A stretch of DNA of 64,000 nt from Clostridia bacterium DTU025 (GCA_001513145.1 LFSP01000037.1:3163-67162), one strand, 5' to 3'. Positions 41,994 through 51,843 are shown, numbered from the stretch's first letter. The notes: generated by a model from the sequence alone, not told the origin. Made by a program: numbers and translations.

Positions 41994-42896
41994 ATGCCAT
42001 CTTCCGTGATTAGAACCGGGCCTGAGGTGGCAGCGAAGCTATCTGACACCGCGCAGATGCTGCGTGCCAGGATGGAGGGGCTTGATCGTCCCAGCGTCGG
42101 ACTGGCACTGGGCAGCGGGGCGGCCCGGGGCCTTGCTCACATAGGCGTGCTGAAGGCCCTGTTGGCAAACGCCATCGCCATCGATGTTATGGTGGGCTGC
42201 AGCATAGGTGCAGTGGTGGGAGGCTGCTACGCTGCCGGAGTGGAGCCGGACCAGATGGAGGACATCGCACGCTCCATCGACAAGAGGATAGTCTTCCGGC
42301 ATCTCGACTTCGCCGTGCCAAACAGAGGCGGCCTGATCGCCGGCGCCAGGGTGTCGGATCTGCTCAAGGAGCTGACCATGAACAAGACCTTTGGACAGCT
42401 CAGGATAGGGTTTGCGTGCACTGCGGCTGATATCCACACAGGCGAAGAGGTGGTCCTGGAGACAGGAGTGCTGCATGAGGCCATCCGAGCGTCCCTGTCG
42501 ATACCGGGAGTCTTTCAGCCTGTGGTGATGGGTTCCAGGGTGCTGGTGGACGGGGGTATCGTCAACCCGATCCCCGCCAACTACCTTGTGGCCATGGGGG
42601 TTGACGTGGTCATCGGCGTGGACGTCACGCCGGAATTGATACCGTCAGAACGTGACATCGGCAAGCCTCCATCCATCGTGTTCACGCTGATAAATGCATT
42701 CGACATCATGGCACGGGTGGTATCAGAGCCCACGGCTGACATTGTGGACGTGATGATCAGGCCGGACGTAGGCCGGGTATTTGGAGGCGACTTCTGGCTT
42801 GCAGACGAGCTCATCGAGCGAGGGTGGGAGGCGACGCAGGAACAGATCCCAAGGATCAAGGAGGCCATCCGCGAGGCGAGCCGGCGGCCGCGCTAG
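41994..42896 (+). CDS. Patatin-like phospholipase (RssA/NTE family)
   Basis: Oxyanion GSGAARG, nucleophile elbow GCSIGAV (GxSxG), catalytic Asp context VDGGIVNPIP. Confidence 0.85.
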   Translation: MPSSVIRTGPEVAAKLSDTAQMLRARMEGLDRPSVGLALGSGAARGLAHIGVLKALLANAIAIDVMVGCSIGAVVGGCYAAGVEPDQMEDIARSIDKRIVFRHLDFAVPNRGGLIAGARVSDLLKELTMNKTFGQLRIGFACTAADIHTGEEVVLETGVLHEAIRASLSIPGVFQPVVMGSRVLVDGGIVNPIPANYLVAMGVDVVIGVDVTPELIPSERDIGKPPSIVFTLINAFDIMARVVSEPTADIVDVMIRPDVGRVFGGDFWLADELIERGWEATQEQIPRIKEAIREASRRPR

Positions 42897-42968
42897 GGTG
42901 ATCTTCCAGGGAGCTGAGCAGGGGCCAGGGGCCGCGCGCCCAGCCCCTGGCCGAGAGGCTCATCGAGG

Positions 42969-43082
42969 TCAGCATATAATGAACAGCCTGCGGAATATCA
43001 GGAAGACGATGATGTCTATGATCACCACCCAGAACCACAGCCACCAGGGGAACAGAAACCACTGTGCCTTCACGTCTGCCAT
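42969..43082 (-). CDS. Small Trp-rich membrane protein (37 aa), PLDc_N-like
   Basis: Hand-translated MADVKAQWFLFPWWLWFWVVIIDIIVFLIFRRLFIIC. GGAGGTG RBS 7 nt before the ATG. Not in the ORF track (under 60 aa). A GC hairpin at 42923-42952 lies downstream. Confidence 0.45.
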   Translation of the reverse strand: MADVKAQWFLFPWWLWFWVVIIDIIVFLIFRRLFIIC

Positions 43083-43258
43083 CAGGTTTCACCTCCATTT
43101 CGGCCTGACCTATCTTATTGAGAAACCTTCTGACTTGCTATTGTGACCTAGTGACGGTATTATCGAGAAGGGACCCGGAAGGGGCAACCGTTTCCGGGAA
43201 CTCCCACGGCGCTTGGCTCGTTAGGACGCTAAGAGATAGGCGCTGATTCGCAAGGTAG

Positions 43259-44107
43259 GTGTCGCGCGGAATGATAGATAACAGCAAGGCTTGCGAGGAC
43301 AGCCGGCTGGATCCTGCTGCTGAGCCCGCATCTGACGGAAGCGCGTGCGCTGAGTCTGAGCAAGCCGCCGGCCTCGATGTGAATGCAGGCACCGCGGGGC
43401 AGCTTGATATGGAGCCGACCGAAGGCATGCCGCTGGAGCAGGATCCGGCTGAACAGGATGGAGCCGAGCGGGAGGAAGCTGAACGCCTGGAGGCGGCGAG
43501 GCGCAGAAGAAAGGCCGTGTGGCGGGAGGCCATGGAGTACGTTCAGAGCATCGCACTGGCCATGGTGCTGGCCTTCGTGATCATGACATTCATAGGCAGA
43601 TCCTTTGTGGTGGAAGGGGCGTCTATGGAGCCGACGCTCCACAACCGGGAGCGCATCATCGTCGAGAAGGTTTCCTACCGGTTTCGCGAGCCGAGACGCG
43701 GCGAGATAGTGGTGCTGAAGAACCCATGGCGTCCGGATTACACGGGGTGGCAGGCAGCCGCCGAGGCAGTGCGTGAGATAGTGGACCTGTCCGGCTCGAT
43801 GAGGCCCTACATTAAGCGCGTCATTGGGGTACCCGGCGACACGATACAGATCAGGGGCGGCACAGTATATCTCAACGGTGAACCACTCAAGGAAGACTAC
43901 ATACTGGAGCGGCCGCGGTTCGATTTTCCGCCGGTCACCGTGCCAGAAGGTCACGTCTTCGTTCTGGGGGATAACCGGAACAATTCGGACGATAGCCGCG
44001 GGAATGTAGGCTTCCTGAAGATAAGCCGGATCATGGGCCGGGCAGTATTCAGGTATTACCCGTTCAACCGTATGGGTGTGCTTCCGCGCCCGGACGTATT
44101 CAAGTAG
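43259..44107 (+). CDS. lepB: Signal peptidase I with a roughly 90-aa acidic N-terminal extension; start uncertain (43259 or ATG 43271)
   Basis: GASMEPTL (catalytic Ser), IKRVIGVPGDTI (Lys box), VLGDNRNNSDDSR. Confidence 0.9.
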   Translation: MSRGMIDNSKACEDSRLDPAAEPASDGSACAESEQAAGLDVNAGTAGQLDMEPTEGMPLEQDPAEQDGAEREEAERLEAARRRRKAVWREAMEYVQSIALAMVLAFVIMTFIGRSFVVEGASMEPTLHNRERIIVEKVSYRFREPRRGEIVVLKNPWRPDYTGWQAAAEAVREIVDLSGSMRPYIKRVIGVPGDTIQIRGGTVYLNGEPLKEDYILERPRFDFPPVTVPEGHVFVLGDNRNNSDDSRGNVGFLKISRIMGRAVFRYYPFNRMGVLPRPDVFK

Positions 44108-44150
44108 TCGGGAAGCGCGACTAACAACGAACAACATGGCCATACGCTGA

Positions 44151-44181
44151 AGGGGCCAGCCACGAATTCGTGGTGGCCCCT
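44151..44181. terminator. Bidirectional hairpin between lepB and mscL
   Basis: AGGGGCCAGCCACGAATTCGTGGTGGCCCCT is a near-perfect palindrome centred on GAATTC. Confidence 0.55.
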
Positions 44182-44207
44182 TCGGCTAAGTCGCGCGAAC
44201 ATTTGGG

Positions 44208-44678
44208 TCAGTTGTCGGTCAGATGTGACGTGCAATGAGGGCAACGCACGGCCTTGATGGGCACCAAAGACAGGCAGTAAGGGCACTCCTTGGTGGTGGG
44301 TTCAGCCGGAACCTCCGGCACAGGCTTTGCGGTCCTTTCAGCCATATCCCTCGCCTTGTTGATCCACTTGACCAGTACGAACAGTGCAAAGGCTACGATC
44401 AGGAAATCCACGAGGGTGTTGAGAAACATCCCGTAATTCACCGTGGCAGCTCCAGCCGCTTTGGCATCTGCCAGGGACGCGAACCCCTTTCCTGACAGGT
44501 CGAGGAACAGGTTGGAGAAATCCACTTTGCCTAGGAGCATGCCCAGGGGGGGCATGAGCACGTCGTTGACAAGCGAGGTCACGATCTTGCCGAACGCCGC
44601 GCCCATCACGACGCCCACGGCCATGTCGACGACGTTACCCTTCATGGCGAAGTCGCGAAACTCTTTCAGCACAGGCAT
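44208..44678 (-). CDS. mscL: Large-conductance mechanosensitive channel with a C-terminal zinc-ribbon tail
   Basis: [33 protein letters not shown] is the canonical N-terminus. Tail is [20 protein letters not shown]. Confidence 0.9.
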   Translation of the reverse strand: MPVLKEFRDFAMKGNVVDMAVGVVMGAAFGKIVTSLVNDVLMPPLGMLLGKVDFSNLFLDLSGKGFASLADAKAAGAATVNYGMFLNTLVDFLIVAFALFVLVKWINKARDMAERTAKPVPEVPAEPTTKECPYCLSLVPIKAVRCPHCTSHLTDN

Positions 44679-44806
44679 CAACCCTTCCGCAGTCGCAGTC
44701 ATTCTCCGCAGGCGCGAATACCCTGCGATATGTGTGAAATTCGCTGATACTGTACGGATTCCTGTGAGGCCCGGCAACCGGTAGCAGAGAAAAGAGGAAA
44801 AGAGAA

Positions 44807-44836
44807 GAGCCCGTGCTACGCACCGGGCACGGGCTC
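44807..44836 (-). terminator. Intrinsic terminator of the tRNA-Pro/tRNA-Leu transcription unit
   Basis: GAGCCCGTGC/GCACGGGCTC stem. The plus-strand A/G-rich tract 44785-44806 gives a T-rich tail on the minus strand. Confidence 0.6.
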
Positions 44837-44864
44837 CAGATGGTTAAGCATCGGTGGCGTCGAC

Positions 44865-44951
44865 TGGTGCGAGAGGAGGGATTTGAACCCTCACGGGGGT
44901 TGCCCCGTCAGATCCTAAGTCTGATGCGTCTGCCGTTCCGCCACTCTCGCA
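44865..44951 (-). tRNA. tRNA-Leu (anticodon TAG), long variable arm, CCA encoded
   Basis: The reverse complement folds as GCGAGAG...anticodon stem TCAGA/TCTGA with loop CTTAGGA...variable arm CGGGGCAACCCCCG...T arm...CTCTCGC-A-CCA. Confidence 0.9.
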
Positions 44952-44960
44952 AACATAAGA

Positions 44961-45037
44961 TGGTCGAGGTGCCGGGACTTGAACCCGGGGCCTCTTGGTC
45001 CCGAACCAAGCGCGCTACCAAACTGCGCTACACCTCG
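44961..45037 (-). tRNA. tRNA-Pro (anticodon CGG), CCA encoded
   Basis: Reverse complement has acceptor CGAGGTG/CACCTCG, anticodon stem CTTGG/CCAAG with loop TTCGGGA, T arm CCGGG-TTCAAGT-CCCGG. Confidence 0.9.
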
Positions 45038-45063
45038 ACTTCATTGCCTCACGGCACATAACC

Positions 45064-45092
45064 AGTATATAGCCTCTGCTTGCAGGTGTCAA
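45064..45092 (-). promoter_or_regulatory. Promoter of the tRNA-Pro/Leu unit
   Basis: On the minus strand: TTGACA (45087-45092), 17-nt spacer, TATACT (45064-45069). Confidence 0.55.
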
Positions 45093-45244
45093 TCGGATTC
45101 GAGCTCTGTGTGTTGGCGGACTGTGATATTGTCACCCCGTAACGCGACGGAGATAATGTCACTCGGTCAGGACGGATCTTTGTTCACGACTCTGTTGACA
45201 GCGGTGCACCATCTTCGCCAGAATGTGCATGGGGGTGACCTCTT

Positions 45245-45868
45245 GTGCAGGAGATGAGACAGCTGAGCCTGTTCGACCCGGTGCCGGATGAGCATGACGT
45301 GGCAGGGGTTGAGCAAGAGCCGGACAGCCTGGAGGCCGTAGCCGCCGAGGTGGCCCAGTGCACCAGGTGCAGGCTGTGCGCCGGCAGAACCAACACCGTG
45401 CCCGGTGAAGGCTCACCCCACGCCAGGATCATGTGGATCGGCGAGGGGCCCGGGGCAGATGAGGACAGGCTGGGCCGGCCCTTCGTGGGCAGAGCCGGGC
45501 AGTTGCTCACCAGGATAATTCGAAGCATGGGCCTGACCAGGGAAGAGGTGTTCATCGGCAACGTCGTGAAATGCAGGCCTCCGGGAAACCGTACGCCGCT
45601 TCCGGATGAGGTGGGAACATGCCTGCCTTATCTTGAGAGGCAGATAGCCCTGATACAGCCGAAGATCATAGTCCTCTTGGGCGCGTCGGCGCTGCACGCT
45701 CTCATCGACCCGTCAGCGTCCATAACCCGCATGCGCGGAACCTGGCTCACTCGGAACGGGATCATGGTCATGCCCACCTTCCACCCTGCAGCGCTCCTGC
45801 GGGATCCCGGCAAGAACAGGCTTGTATGGGAAGACATGAAAAAGGTAATGCTTGAGATGGAGTCTTGA
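45245..45868 (+). CDS. Uracil-DNA glycosylase, family 4
   Basis: CTRCRLC...VPGEGSP.ARIMWIGEGPGADED..GRPFVGRAGQLL...HPAALLR. Confidence 0.9.
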   Translation: MQEMRQLSLFDPVPDEHDVAGVEQEPDSLEAVAAEVAQCTRCRLCAGRTNTVPGEGSPHARIMWIGEGPGADEDRLGRPFVGRAGQLLTRIIRSMGLTREEVFIGNVVKCRPPGNRTPLPDEVGTCLPYLERQIALIQPKIIVLLGASALHALIDPSASITRMRGTWLTRNGIMVMPTFHPAALLRDPGKNRLVWEDMKKVMLEMES

Positions 45869-45946
45869 GAGCGGATAAGGCATACCGGTGGCGGCGGCAT
45901 AATACTCTTGCTGTAAAGGCAAGGTATACGAGGAGGTGCCGCCACC

Positions 45947-46348
45947 ATGCGATCGATGTCGCCCTCTCAGGCGAGTGCCAGGGCGCACATTCCCACGTGG
46001 CGAACGGTCTTGGCGGGCTTCGGCGTCAGTTTGGCAACGACGTTGGTCCTTTCAGCAATAGGAGGTATCGTCATGACCGTCGTCACGGTGGACGCCGCGA
46101 CGGTGGACGCCGCAGTGCCTGTCATAGCGTATCTCAGCGCAGGTATGGGGGGACTGTACGCGAGCCGACTTGCAGGTGAGAAGGGAGGGCGAAACGGTCT
46201 GCTGGTGGGGATAGTCTATCTCGCGGCGGTGCTTGCGGTATCGGCTGCGGTGATCAGGGAACCCATCAGCATGGAGGTGCTGGGCACCAAGGGCGGTGCG
46301 ATCCTGTTGGTGGCACTGGTGGGAGGCATCATCGGGGTCAACGTGTGA
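45947..46348 (+). CDS. TIGR04086 (YrzE-like) family membrane protein
   Basis: Three to four hydrophobic segments, with the central motif LAGEKGGRNGLLVGIVY typical of this family as I recall it. Confidence 0.55.
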   Translation: MRSMSPSQASARAHIPTWRTVLAGFGVSLATTLVLSAIGGIVMTVVTVDAATVDAAVPVIAYLSAGMGGLYASRLAGEKGGRNGLLVGIVYLAAVLAVSAAVIREPISMEVLGTKGGAILLVALVGGIIGVNV

Positions 46349-46427
46349 GGTCTATCGGAGGGATCGGCTATTGTTGCCTTTCGCGATTTCCTGGTTTGCT
46401 GTCGCGACGCATGCCTCCAGAGAGAAT

Positions 46428-46461
46428 CGGGCATCCGGCAGGGCCGGTGTGCCCGCTTTTT
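46428..46461 (+). terminator. Intrinsic terminator
   Basis: CGGGCATCCGG...CCGGTGTGCCCG followed by CTTTTT. Confidence 0.65.
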
Positions 46462-46574
46462 CGTACTGTAGCTAAGATAGTATCGGCGGAAGGATTTCCT
46501 CCTGAAGTGACGAACAAGTACGCAACTGGCAGTTGCCAGCGAGTATATGAAAAACCGAATAGGGGGGATAAGAA

Positions 46575-46937
46575 ATGATACATCTCGCGCGCGAGGATGT
46601 CCTGCGGGGCCTCGAGAGGTTCCGAAGCATAGCCAAGCAGGACTTCCTTGCGAGCAACCTGACGGACAATCCCGAGTTTTGGGCAACTCAGGCCGCCACC
46701 AGGCGCGAGCAGTACGACAAGCTGATCGAACTGGTTAAGAGCGCGGGTGTGCCCGCAGCGATCGAGAAGGCAGTCGAGTGGTACAGCGCGATACCTCCTC
46801 TACACGATGAGCCGGAGTTCAGTCACGCTGAGTTGCGCGGTACGAAGCAAGCTCTTGAGGTGTTCTTCAAGGCTGTTGGCATAGATCGGAAGACGATAAG
46901 AGAGGCCAGAGGCCAGAACAGGACGACGCGCGTCTAG
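46575..46937 (+). CDS. Hypothetical protein (120 aa)
   Basis: AGGGGGG RBS, ATG start, coding-like helical sequence. No family recognised. Confidence 0.5.
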   Translation: MIHLAREDVLRGLERFRSIAKQDFLASNLTDNPEFWATQAATRREQYDKLIELVKSAGVPAAIEKAVEWYSAIPPLHDEPEFSHAELRGTKQALEVFFKAVGIDRKTIREARGQNRTTRV

Positions 46938-47028
46938 GCGCGTTGTTTTGCTATCATGGCCTGGTGAGGCCACACTCCCGAGCTGAGCCCGAAGGGAAGG
47001 CGTTCGCCCTTGCGGGCTCAGTCCGTTG

Positions 47029-47652
47029 TCAGTGTATCTTTCGGATAAGGCCCGTCACCTTTCCCAAGACCGCGGCGTTTGACGAGATTATCGGCGAGTA
47101 CGCCGGGTTCGCAGGCTCGAGCCGGATGTGCCCGTTCTCGCGGTAGAAGCGCTTCACGGTGGCCTCGTCATCGATCATCGCGACAACGATGTCTCCGTTG
47201 TTCGCTGTGGGCTGCTTGCGCACGATCACCAGGTCACCATCGAGGATTCCCGCCTCGATCATGCTATCTCCAACGACCCGAAGAAGGAAGCAGTCCTCCT
47301 GGTCGGCCAGGGAGCGGGGAAGAGGGAGGTAGTCGTCGATGTTCTCCACGGCGAGAATGGGGTTACCTGCAGTGACCCTGCCCACCAGCGGGATGCTGGC
47401 CACCTCGCGCGGGGCAAAAGGAAGATCGTCTGGGCCGAGAAGCACCTCGATGGCTCGGGGCTTGGTGGGATCCCGGCGGATGTAGCCCTTTTCCTCCAGG
47501 CTGGCTAGGTACCCATGCACCGTGGAACTAGATTTCAGGTTCACCGCCAGGCCGATCTCCCTCACAGACGGAGGATAGCCCCTGGACTCCAGTACCTTGC
47601 AGATATACTCGAGGATCTGCTTTTCCCTGTGACTCAGGTGCGCCACGATCAC
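47029..47652 (-). CDS. lexA: LexA repressor
   Basis: Winged [32 protein letters not shown], cleavage-site region, and S24 peptidase [19 protein letters not shown]...NGDIVVA. Confidence 0.95.
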   Translation of the reverse strand: MIVAHLSHREKQILEYICKVLESRGYPPSVREIGLAVNLKSSSTVHGYLASLEEKGYIRRDPTKPRAIEVLLGPDDLPFAPREVASIPLVGRVTAGNPILAVENIDDYLPLPRSLADQEDCFLLRVVGDSMIEAGILDGDLVIVRKQPTANNGDIVVAMIDDEATVKRFYRENGHIRLEPANPAYSPIISSNAAVLGKVTGLIRKIH

Positions 47653-47699
47653 CGACCCCCTTCACTGAGACCCAGTATAGCATAGAGTTCCAGGGCGCG

Positions 47700-47772
47700 C
47701 AAACAAGTGTTCGATTCAGGCTTGACCGAGAACATATGTTCTGGTATCATGGGGTTACCGAACATATGTTTG
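47700..47772. promoter_or_regulatory. Three LexA (Cheo/SOS) boxes overlapping the divergent lexA / yneA-like promoters
   Basis: Perfect GAACATATGTTC at 47730-47741 inside the promoter TTGACC-17-TATCAT. CGAACATATGTTTG at 47759-47772. AAACAAGTGTTCG at about 47701-47713. Confidence 0.8.
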
Positions 47773-47784
47773 GAGGGTCTGGAA

Positions 47785-48126
47785 GTGCAGAGGAAGGCTG
47801 GCATCGAAGGGGCGGCTGAAGGTCACCGGAGGTATTCGCGTCTGAACAGGGTTCTCCGCGTTGTGACTCCCGTGTGCGCCATGATCGTGGCGTGCCTCAC
47901 CGTATGGGCGGTGGCGCAGGCGCTACCGGCCGGCGGCGCCACGGAGGGCGCGGAATACGTCACCGTGGTGGTGAAGCCAGGGGACACCCTATGGAGCATC
48001 GCGAAGCGGATCGGCGGCAACAGAGTGGATCCCAGAGTGGTGTGCGAGCAGATAAGGTCCGCCAACGGGATCGCCAACGCCATGATATGGCCTGGCCAAG
48101 TTCTGAGGGTGCCGCCGTGGATCTGA
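47785..48126 (+). CDS. LysM-domain membrane protein, YneA-like SOS cell-division inhibitor candidate
   Basis: Divergent from lexA and downstream of the SOS boxes. One TM segment (VVTPVCAMIVACLTVWAVA) plus LysM (VVVKPGDTLWSIAKRIG...ANGIANAMIWPGQVLRVP). GTG 47785 follows a GGAGGG RBS. Confidence 0.7.
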   Translation: MQRKAGIEGAAEGHRRYSRLNRVLRVVTPVCAMIVACLTVWAVAQALPAGGATEGAEYVTVVVKPGDTLWSIAKRIGGNRVDPRVVCEQIRSANGIANAMIWPGQVLRVPPWI

Positions 48127-48148
48127 GCCGCGTTCCATGATACAAGAT

Positions 48149-48204
48149 GGCGCCCCGCAGGGAGGTCCTCCCGGCCATGAGGGGCGCCTGCTTTTTTCTT
48201 TTCC
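48149..48204 (+). terminator. Intrinsic terminator after the yneA-like gene
   Basis: GGCGCCCC (48149-48156) pairs with GGGGCGCC (48181-48188), with an inner GGGAGG/CCTCCC hairpin, followed by TGCTTTTTTCTTTT. Confidence 0.75.
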
Positions 48205-48229
48205 AGAACGTCGCATAATACACATTATG

Positions 48230-49063
48230 TTAACTAGTGTGTGGGTTCAGCGGTTGGCATGTCGGACAGATAAAGGAACTGGTGGATCCCGTCTTGATCT
48301 TCACGATGGACGTCCCGCACTTCGGGCACGGCTCTCCTTCCCGGTATCCCACGGCCCACTGGTCTTCCGTGTAGCCTCCAGGACGCCCGTAGAAGTCCTT
48401 TTCATAGTAGGCAGCACCCGAATGTATGGCCGCCTCCAGAACGCGCCTTACAGAGGCGTACAGCGCGTCGATTTCCGCCGCGCTCAACGACTGAATGGGC
48501 CTTTGTGGATGGATCCCGGCGCCGAAGAGGATGTCGTGGACGTAGGCGTTGCCGATGCCCGCAAGGTTCCTCTGGTTCAGAAGGAACGCCTTGATCATGC
48601 CACGGCGGCCCTCAAGAAGCTTCCGGAATGCCTCCAAGGTGAAGTCAGGATCCAGCGCCGATGGGCCCAGAGTGGACGTCATGGCGTGCGAGCGCAGCTC
48701 GTCGGTGCGAACTAGGTGCACGTATCCGAACCACCAGAACCGTATGGTGAAGCCGGTCCCGTCGTCAAGATCGACGCGGAACTGGTAGACGTCGGGCCCA
48801 TCGCTGGGACTCGCACAATACAGAAGATCCGCGCCCATGCCGAGGTTGATGAGGAGCGTGTGGCCGGGCTCCACCGAAACGAACAGCCACTTGCCCTTGC
48901 TGGTGATCTCCCCTACCCTCTTACCAGATAATGTATTGATCATCTGCTCGGGGGGCATGTTCAGACACTTCGGCTGGCGGACATCAACACCCGCGATCGG
49001 CTTACCCCGCAGCTCACGGGCCATTTGACGAGCGAGCACGGCAAGTTCCGGGAGTTCAGGCAT
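48230..49063 (-). CDS. Fpg/Nei family DNA glycosylase / AP lyase
   Basis: N-terminal MPELPE, H2TH region, C-terminal zinc finger CPKCGTSIVKIKTGSTSSFICPTCQ. Confidence 0.85.
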   Translation of the reverse strand: MPELPELAVLARQMARELRGKPIAGVDVRQPKCLNMPPEQMINTLSGKRVGEITSKGKWLFVSVEPGHTLLINLGMGADLLYCASPSDGPDVYQFRVDLDDGTGFTIRFWWFGYVHLVRTDELRSHAMTSTLGPSALDPDFTLEAFRKLLEGRRGMIKAFLLNQRNLAGIGNAYVHDILFGAGIHPQRPIQSLSAAEIDALYASVRRVLEAAIHSGAAYYEKDFYGRPGGYTEDQWAVGYREGEPCPKCGTSIVKIKTGSTSSFICPTCQPLNPHTS

Positions 49064-49134
49064 GGGAACACGTCTCCTTCGTCAGCTGGAGTACACCTGG
49101 CCTGCGAAAACGGCTGTGCACGCCATCGATGCAG

Positions 49135-49353
49135 CTAGTGGCCGCAGCTGCTGCAGGAGCCTCCGCTGCACGATCCGCAGGCGCTTCCCGCCGATGAGCT
49201 GAATGCCGATCCGGACTTGAAGCCGAACTTGGAGACAAGCTTTGTCACGTCGGTGGATCCGCAGTCCGGGCATTCAACGGTTTCCGAAGACGATCTGACC
49301 AGCGTGTCGAAGGTCCGGCCACAGCCGTTGCACTTGTAGTCGAATATAGGCAT
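49135..49353 (-). CDS. FmdB family zinc-ribbon protein
   Basis: MPIFDYKCNGCGRTFDTLVRSSSETVECPDCGS plus a Cys/Ser/Gly-rich tail. Confidence 0.8.
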   Translation of the reverse strand: MPIFDYKCNGCGRTFDTLVRSSSETVECPDCGSTDVTKLVSKFGFKSGSAFSSSAGSACGSCSGGSCSSCGH

Positions 49354-49417
49354 GAAACGTTACCTCCATTGTCTTACGTGGACGAGTGTGCGCCACCAGT
49401 GCGGGCCGCCGCGGGCT

Positions 49418-50200
49418 TTACGCATCAAGCAGCTGGCGCATCATCTCCGCGTTGGTGGCTGCTTGGCCCGCGTGGCAGTTGTTGAAGAGCACCAGCGTCC
49501 TGTCGGTCTCCGAGGCCAGCTTGCGAACGCGTGGCACCCACTCACTTAGCTCTTCCACTGTATATAGGTAGTCGTACCGTTCCCAGGCCTGCTCATGCTT
49601 CCACCACTTGGCGGCGTTCCTCCCGTGGAACCGAACGTATGCCAGGCGAGACGTGGCCACCGCAAGTGGCGGGAACAGCCCCCTCAGACGCGGCTCGTCG
49701 ACGCAGCAGAAACCGAGCCCTTCCTCGCGCAGCAGGGCGAACGTTCGCTCATGAACCCACTGGATGTTTCTGAACTCCACAGTCACCTCAACCTCGGGAA
49801 GCAACTCTCTCAGGCGCGCCACGTACGCGGCGTTCTCGCCGGTGGGCTTGAAGCTCCACGGGAACTGCACCAGGACGCAGCCGAGCTTGCCGGCCTGCAC
49901 CATCGGCTCCAGAGCCTCCATGAACGTAGAGAACGCTTTACGCACCTCTTCCTGGTCGGTGCTGATCTCGTGCGTCATGCTCCTGTGCGCCTTGACGCAG
50001 AAGGTAAACCCGTCAGGCGTACGGCTGCACAGGCTCTCGATGGTCCTGCGCACCGGCATGGTGTAATAGGTGTAGTCCAGCTCCACAAGGTCGAACCGGG
50101 TGGCATAGTACTCGAGCATGGCCCGCTGCTGCGTGCCTGGAGGGTAGAAGGGCCCTATCCAGTCCTTGTAGCTGAAACCCGAGGTGCCCACCTGAATCAT
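49418..50200 (-). CDS. DUF72 domain protein
   Basis: [19 protein letters not shown]...[15 protein letters not shown]...VEFRN..W...YVRFHGRN. Confidence 0.85.
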   Translation of the reverse strand: MIQVGTSGFSYKDWIGPFYPPGTQQRAMLEYYATRFDLVELDYTYYTMPVRRTIESLCSRTPDGFTFCVKAHRSMTHEISTDQEEVRKAFSTFMEALEPMVQAGKLGCVLVQFPWSFKPTGENAAYVARLRELLPEVEVTVEFRNIQWVHERTFALLREEGLGFCCVDEPRLRGLFPPLAVATSRLAYVRFHGRNAAKWWKHEQAWERYDYLYTVEELSEWVPRVRKLASETDRTLVLFNNCHAGQAATNAEMMRQLLDA

Positions 50201-50676
50201 GGTCCTGCCTCCAGGTGCATCCTGAACATCAGCTCGACGAACCCATCGCTGAACGAAACGTCCCTGGGGGCGGCGGGAAACAGCGCCACGTCTCCTATGA
50301 CTCCGGTGTCAGTCCGCTGCCCCCAGTCGGTGACGGCTCCGGTGTACACCATGCCATGAGACAGCCTGCCGTCCTTCTCCACGACATACGTGCACACCAC
50401 GTCCAGCTCTCCCAGGGATGCCCCTGACTCCTCCATAACCTCGCGCCTGGCGGCGGCCTCAGGCGTCTCCCCCGGAAGAAGCTTGCCTCCAGGGAACTCC
50501 CATCCTCCGCGTCCCTTGTTCCTGACCATGAGAAGCTGCTGCCCAAGCCTGGGCACTACTATGACGCTGTCCGGCGCCGGGCCACATCCGCAGCCGGGCA
50601 CCTCGAAGCGAAGAGTGGTGTTTACTCCAGGGCCCCGCAGAGTGATGCATGAACCCTTGGTCAGGCCGTCATTCAA
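50197..50676 (-). CDS. NUDIX hydrolase
   Basis: Nudix box [29 protein letters not shown]. Confidence 0.8.
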   Translation of the reverse strand: MNDGLTKGSCITLRGPGVNTTLRFEVPGCGCGPAPDSVIVVPRLGQQLLMVRNKGRGGWEFPGGKLLPGETPEAAARREVMEESGASLGELDVVCTYVVEKDGRLSHGMVYTGAVTDWGQRTDTGVIGDVALFPAAPRDVSFSDGFVELMFRMHLEAGP

Positions 50677-51833
50677 TGCTCCAGCTCCCTGCCTCTTACC
50701 ACTAGTCTGGATCCGTGCTTGCTGGTGATGGCGTCCAGCACCTGGTCGGCCTTACGGCGTTCCGGTGCAGCCTCAGAAGCCGACTCGAACAGGCTCAGCT
50801 GTCGCTGGTCGGTAAGGCCCGATAGGCACCCCCCGATCAGTCGCACCGGTGGCATGTCCCCCAGGTCGTCCAGGATCGAGCACGCCGTGGAGTACACGGT
50901 GTCGTCGTCGTCGAAGGGCTCAGGCAGGCTACGCCCCCTGGTTATCTGCTTGAAGTCTGCGAACTTCACTTTCAGGGTGACTGTTCTGGCCAAGAGCCCA
51001 GCGCTGCGCAGCCGCCGTCCAACTCTGGCCGAGTGGCGCGCGATGGCCCTGCGAAGCACGTTCAGGTCGGCAACGTCTGAATCGAAGGTGTGCTCCGATG
51101 CGTACGATTGTCTCTCCCAATCGGGGCAGACGGGGCTGTCGTCTATGCCTCGGGCAAGCCTGTAGAGCTGCGCGCCCCACTTGCCGAACCGCTCCACCAG
51201 CCACTCCTGCGGCCAGGCCCTCAGGTCCTTCACAGTCGCGATACCGAAACGCGCCAGCGCTTGGCTCCCCTTCTCCCCCACGCCCCACAGGTCCCCCACC
51301 GCCAGGGGCTCCAGGAACGAGTCCACCTGGTCTTCAGTCAGAACTAGCAGGCCGTCGGGCTTCGATCGAGATGACGCCAACTTGGCCAGGAACTTGTTGG
51401 GCGCGATCCCCACCGAGGCGGTGAGCCCCGAGGAGTCGAGGATCGCCCTCTTGATGCCCTCCCCCATCGCATGCAGACCCTGGTACAGGCGCTCACAGCC
51501 GCTCATGTCCAGGAACGCCTCGTCAATGGACACTTGCTCCATAACAGGCGCCAGCTTCGCCAGAGTGTTCATTATCACTTCTGACACCTCGGCGTAGCGC
51601 TTCATGTTCCCGCGGACGAACACCGCGTGAGGGCACAGACGTTCCGCGGTGGCAAGAGGCATCGCCGAGCGCACACCGTACTTGCGCGCCTCGTATGAGC
51701 AGGTGCTCACCACCGACCTGGCTCCTCCCCTGGGCCCCCCCACGATGATGGGACGGCCCCGGTACTCCGGGTGGTCGTATGCCTCCACCGCAGCGAAGAA
51801 GCAGTCCATGTCCACATGGGCGATGGTGCGCAA
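50673..51833 (-). CDS. dinB: DNA polymerase IV (Y family)
   Basis: [22 protein letters not shown], and the little-finger domain. Overlaps the Nudix gene start. Confidence 0.95.
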   Translation of the reverse strand: MRTIAHVDMDCFFAAVEAYDHPEYRGRPIIVGGPRGGARSVVSTCSYEARKYGVRSAMPLATAERLCPHAVFVRGNMKRYAEVSEVIMNTLAKLAPVMEQVSIDEAFLDMSGCERLYQGLHAMGEGIKRAILDSSGLTASVGIAPNKFLAKLASSRSKPDGLLVLTEDQVDSFLEPLAVGDLWGVGEKGSQALARFGIATVKDLRAWPQEWLVERFGKWGAQLYRLARGIDDSPVCPDWERQSYASEHTFDSDVADLNVLRRAIARHSARVGRRLRSAGLLARTVTLKVKFADFKQITRGRSLPEPFDDDDTVYSTACSILDDLGDMPPVRLIGGCLSGLTDQRQLSLFESASEAAPERRKADQVLDAITSKHGSRLVVRGRELEH

Positions 51834-51843
51834 GGCACATCAC

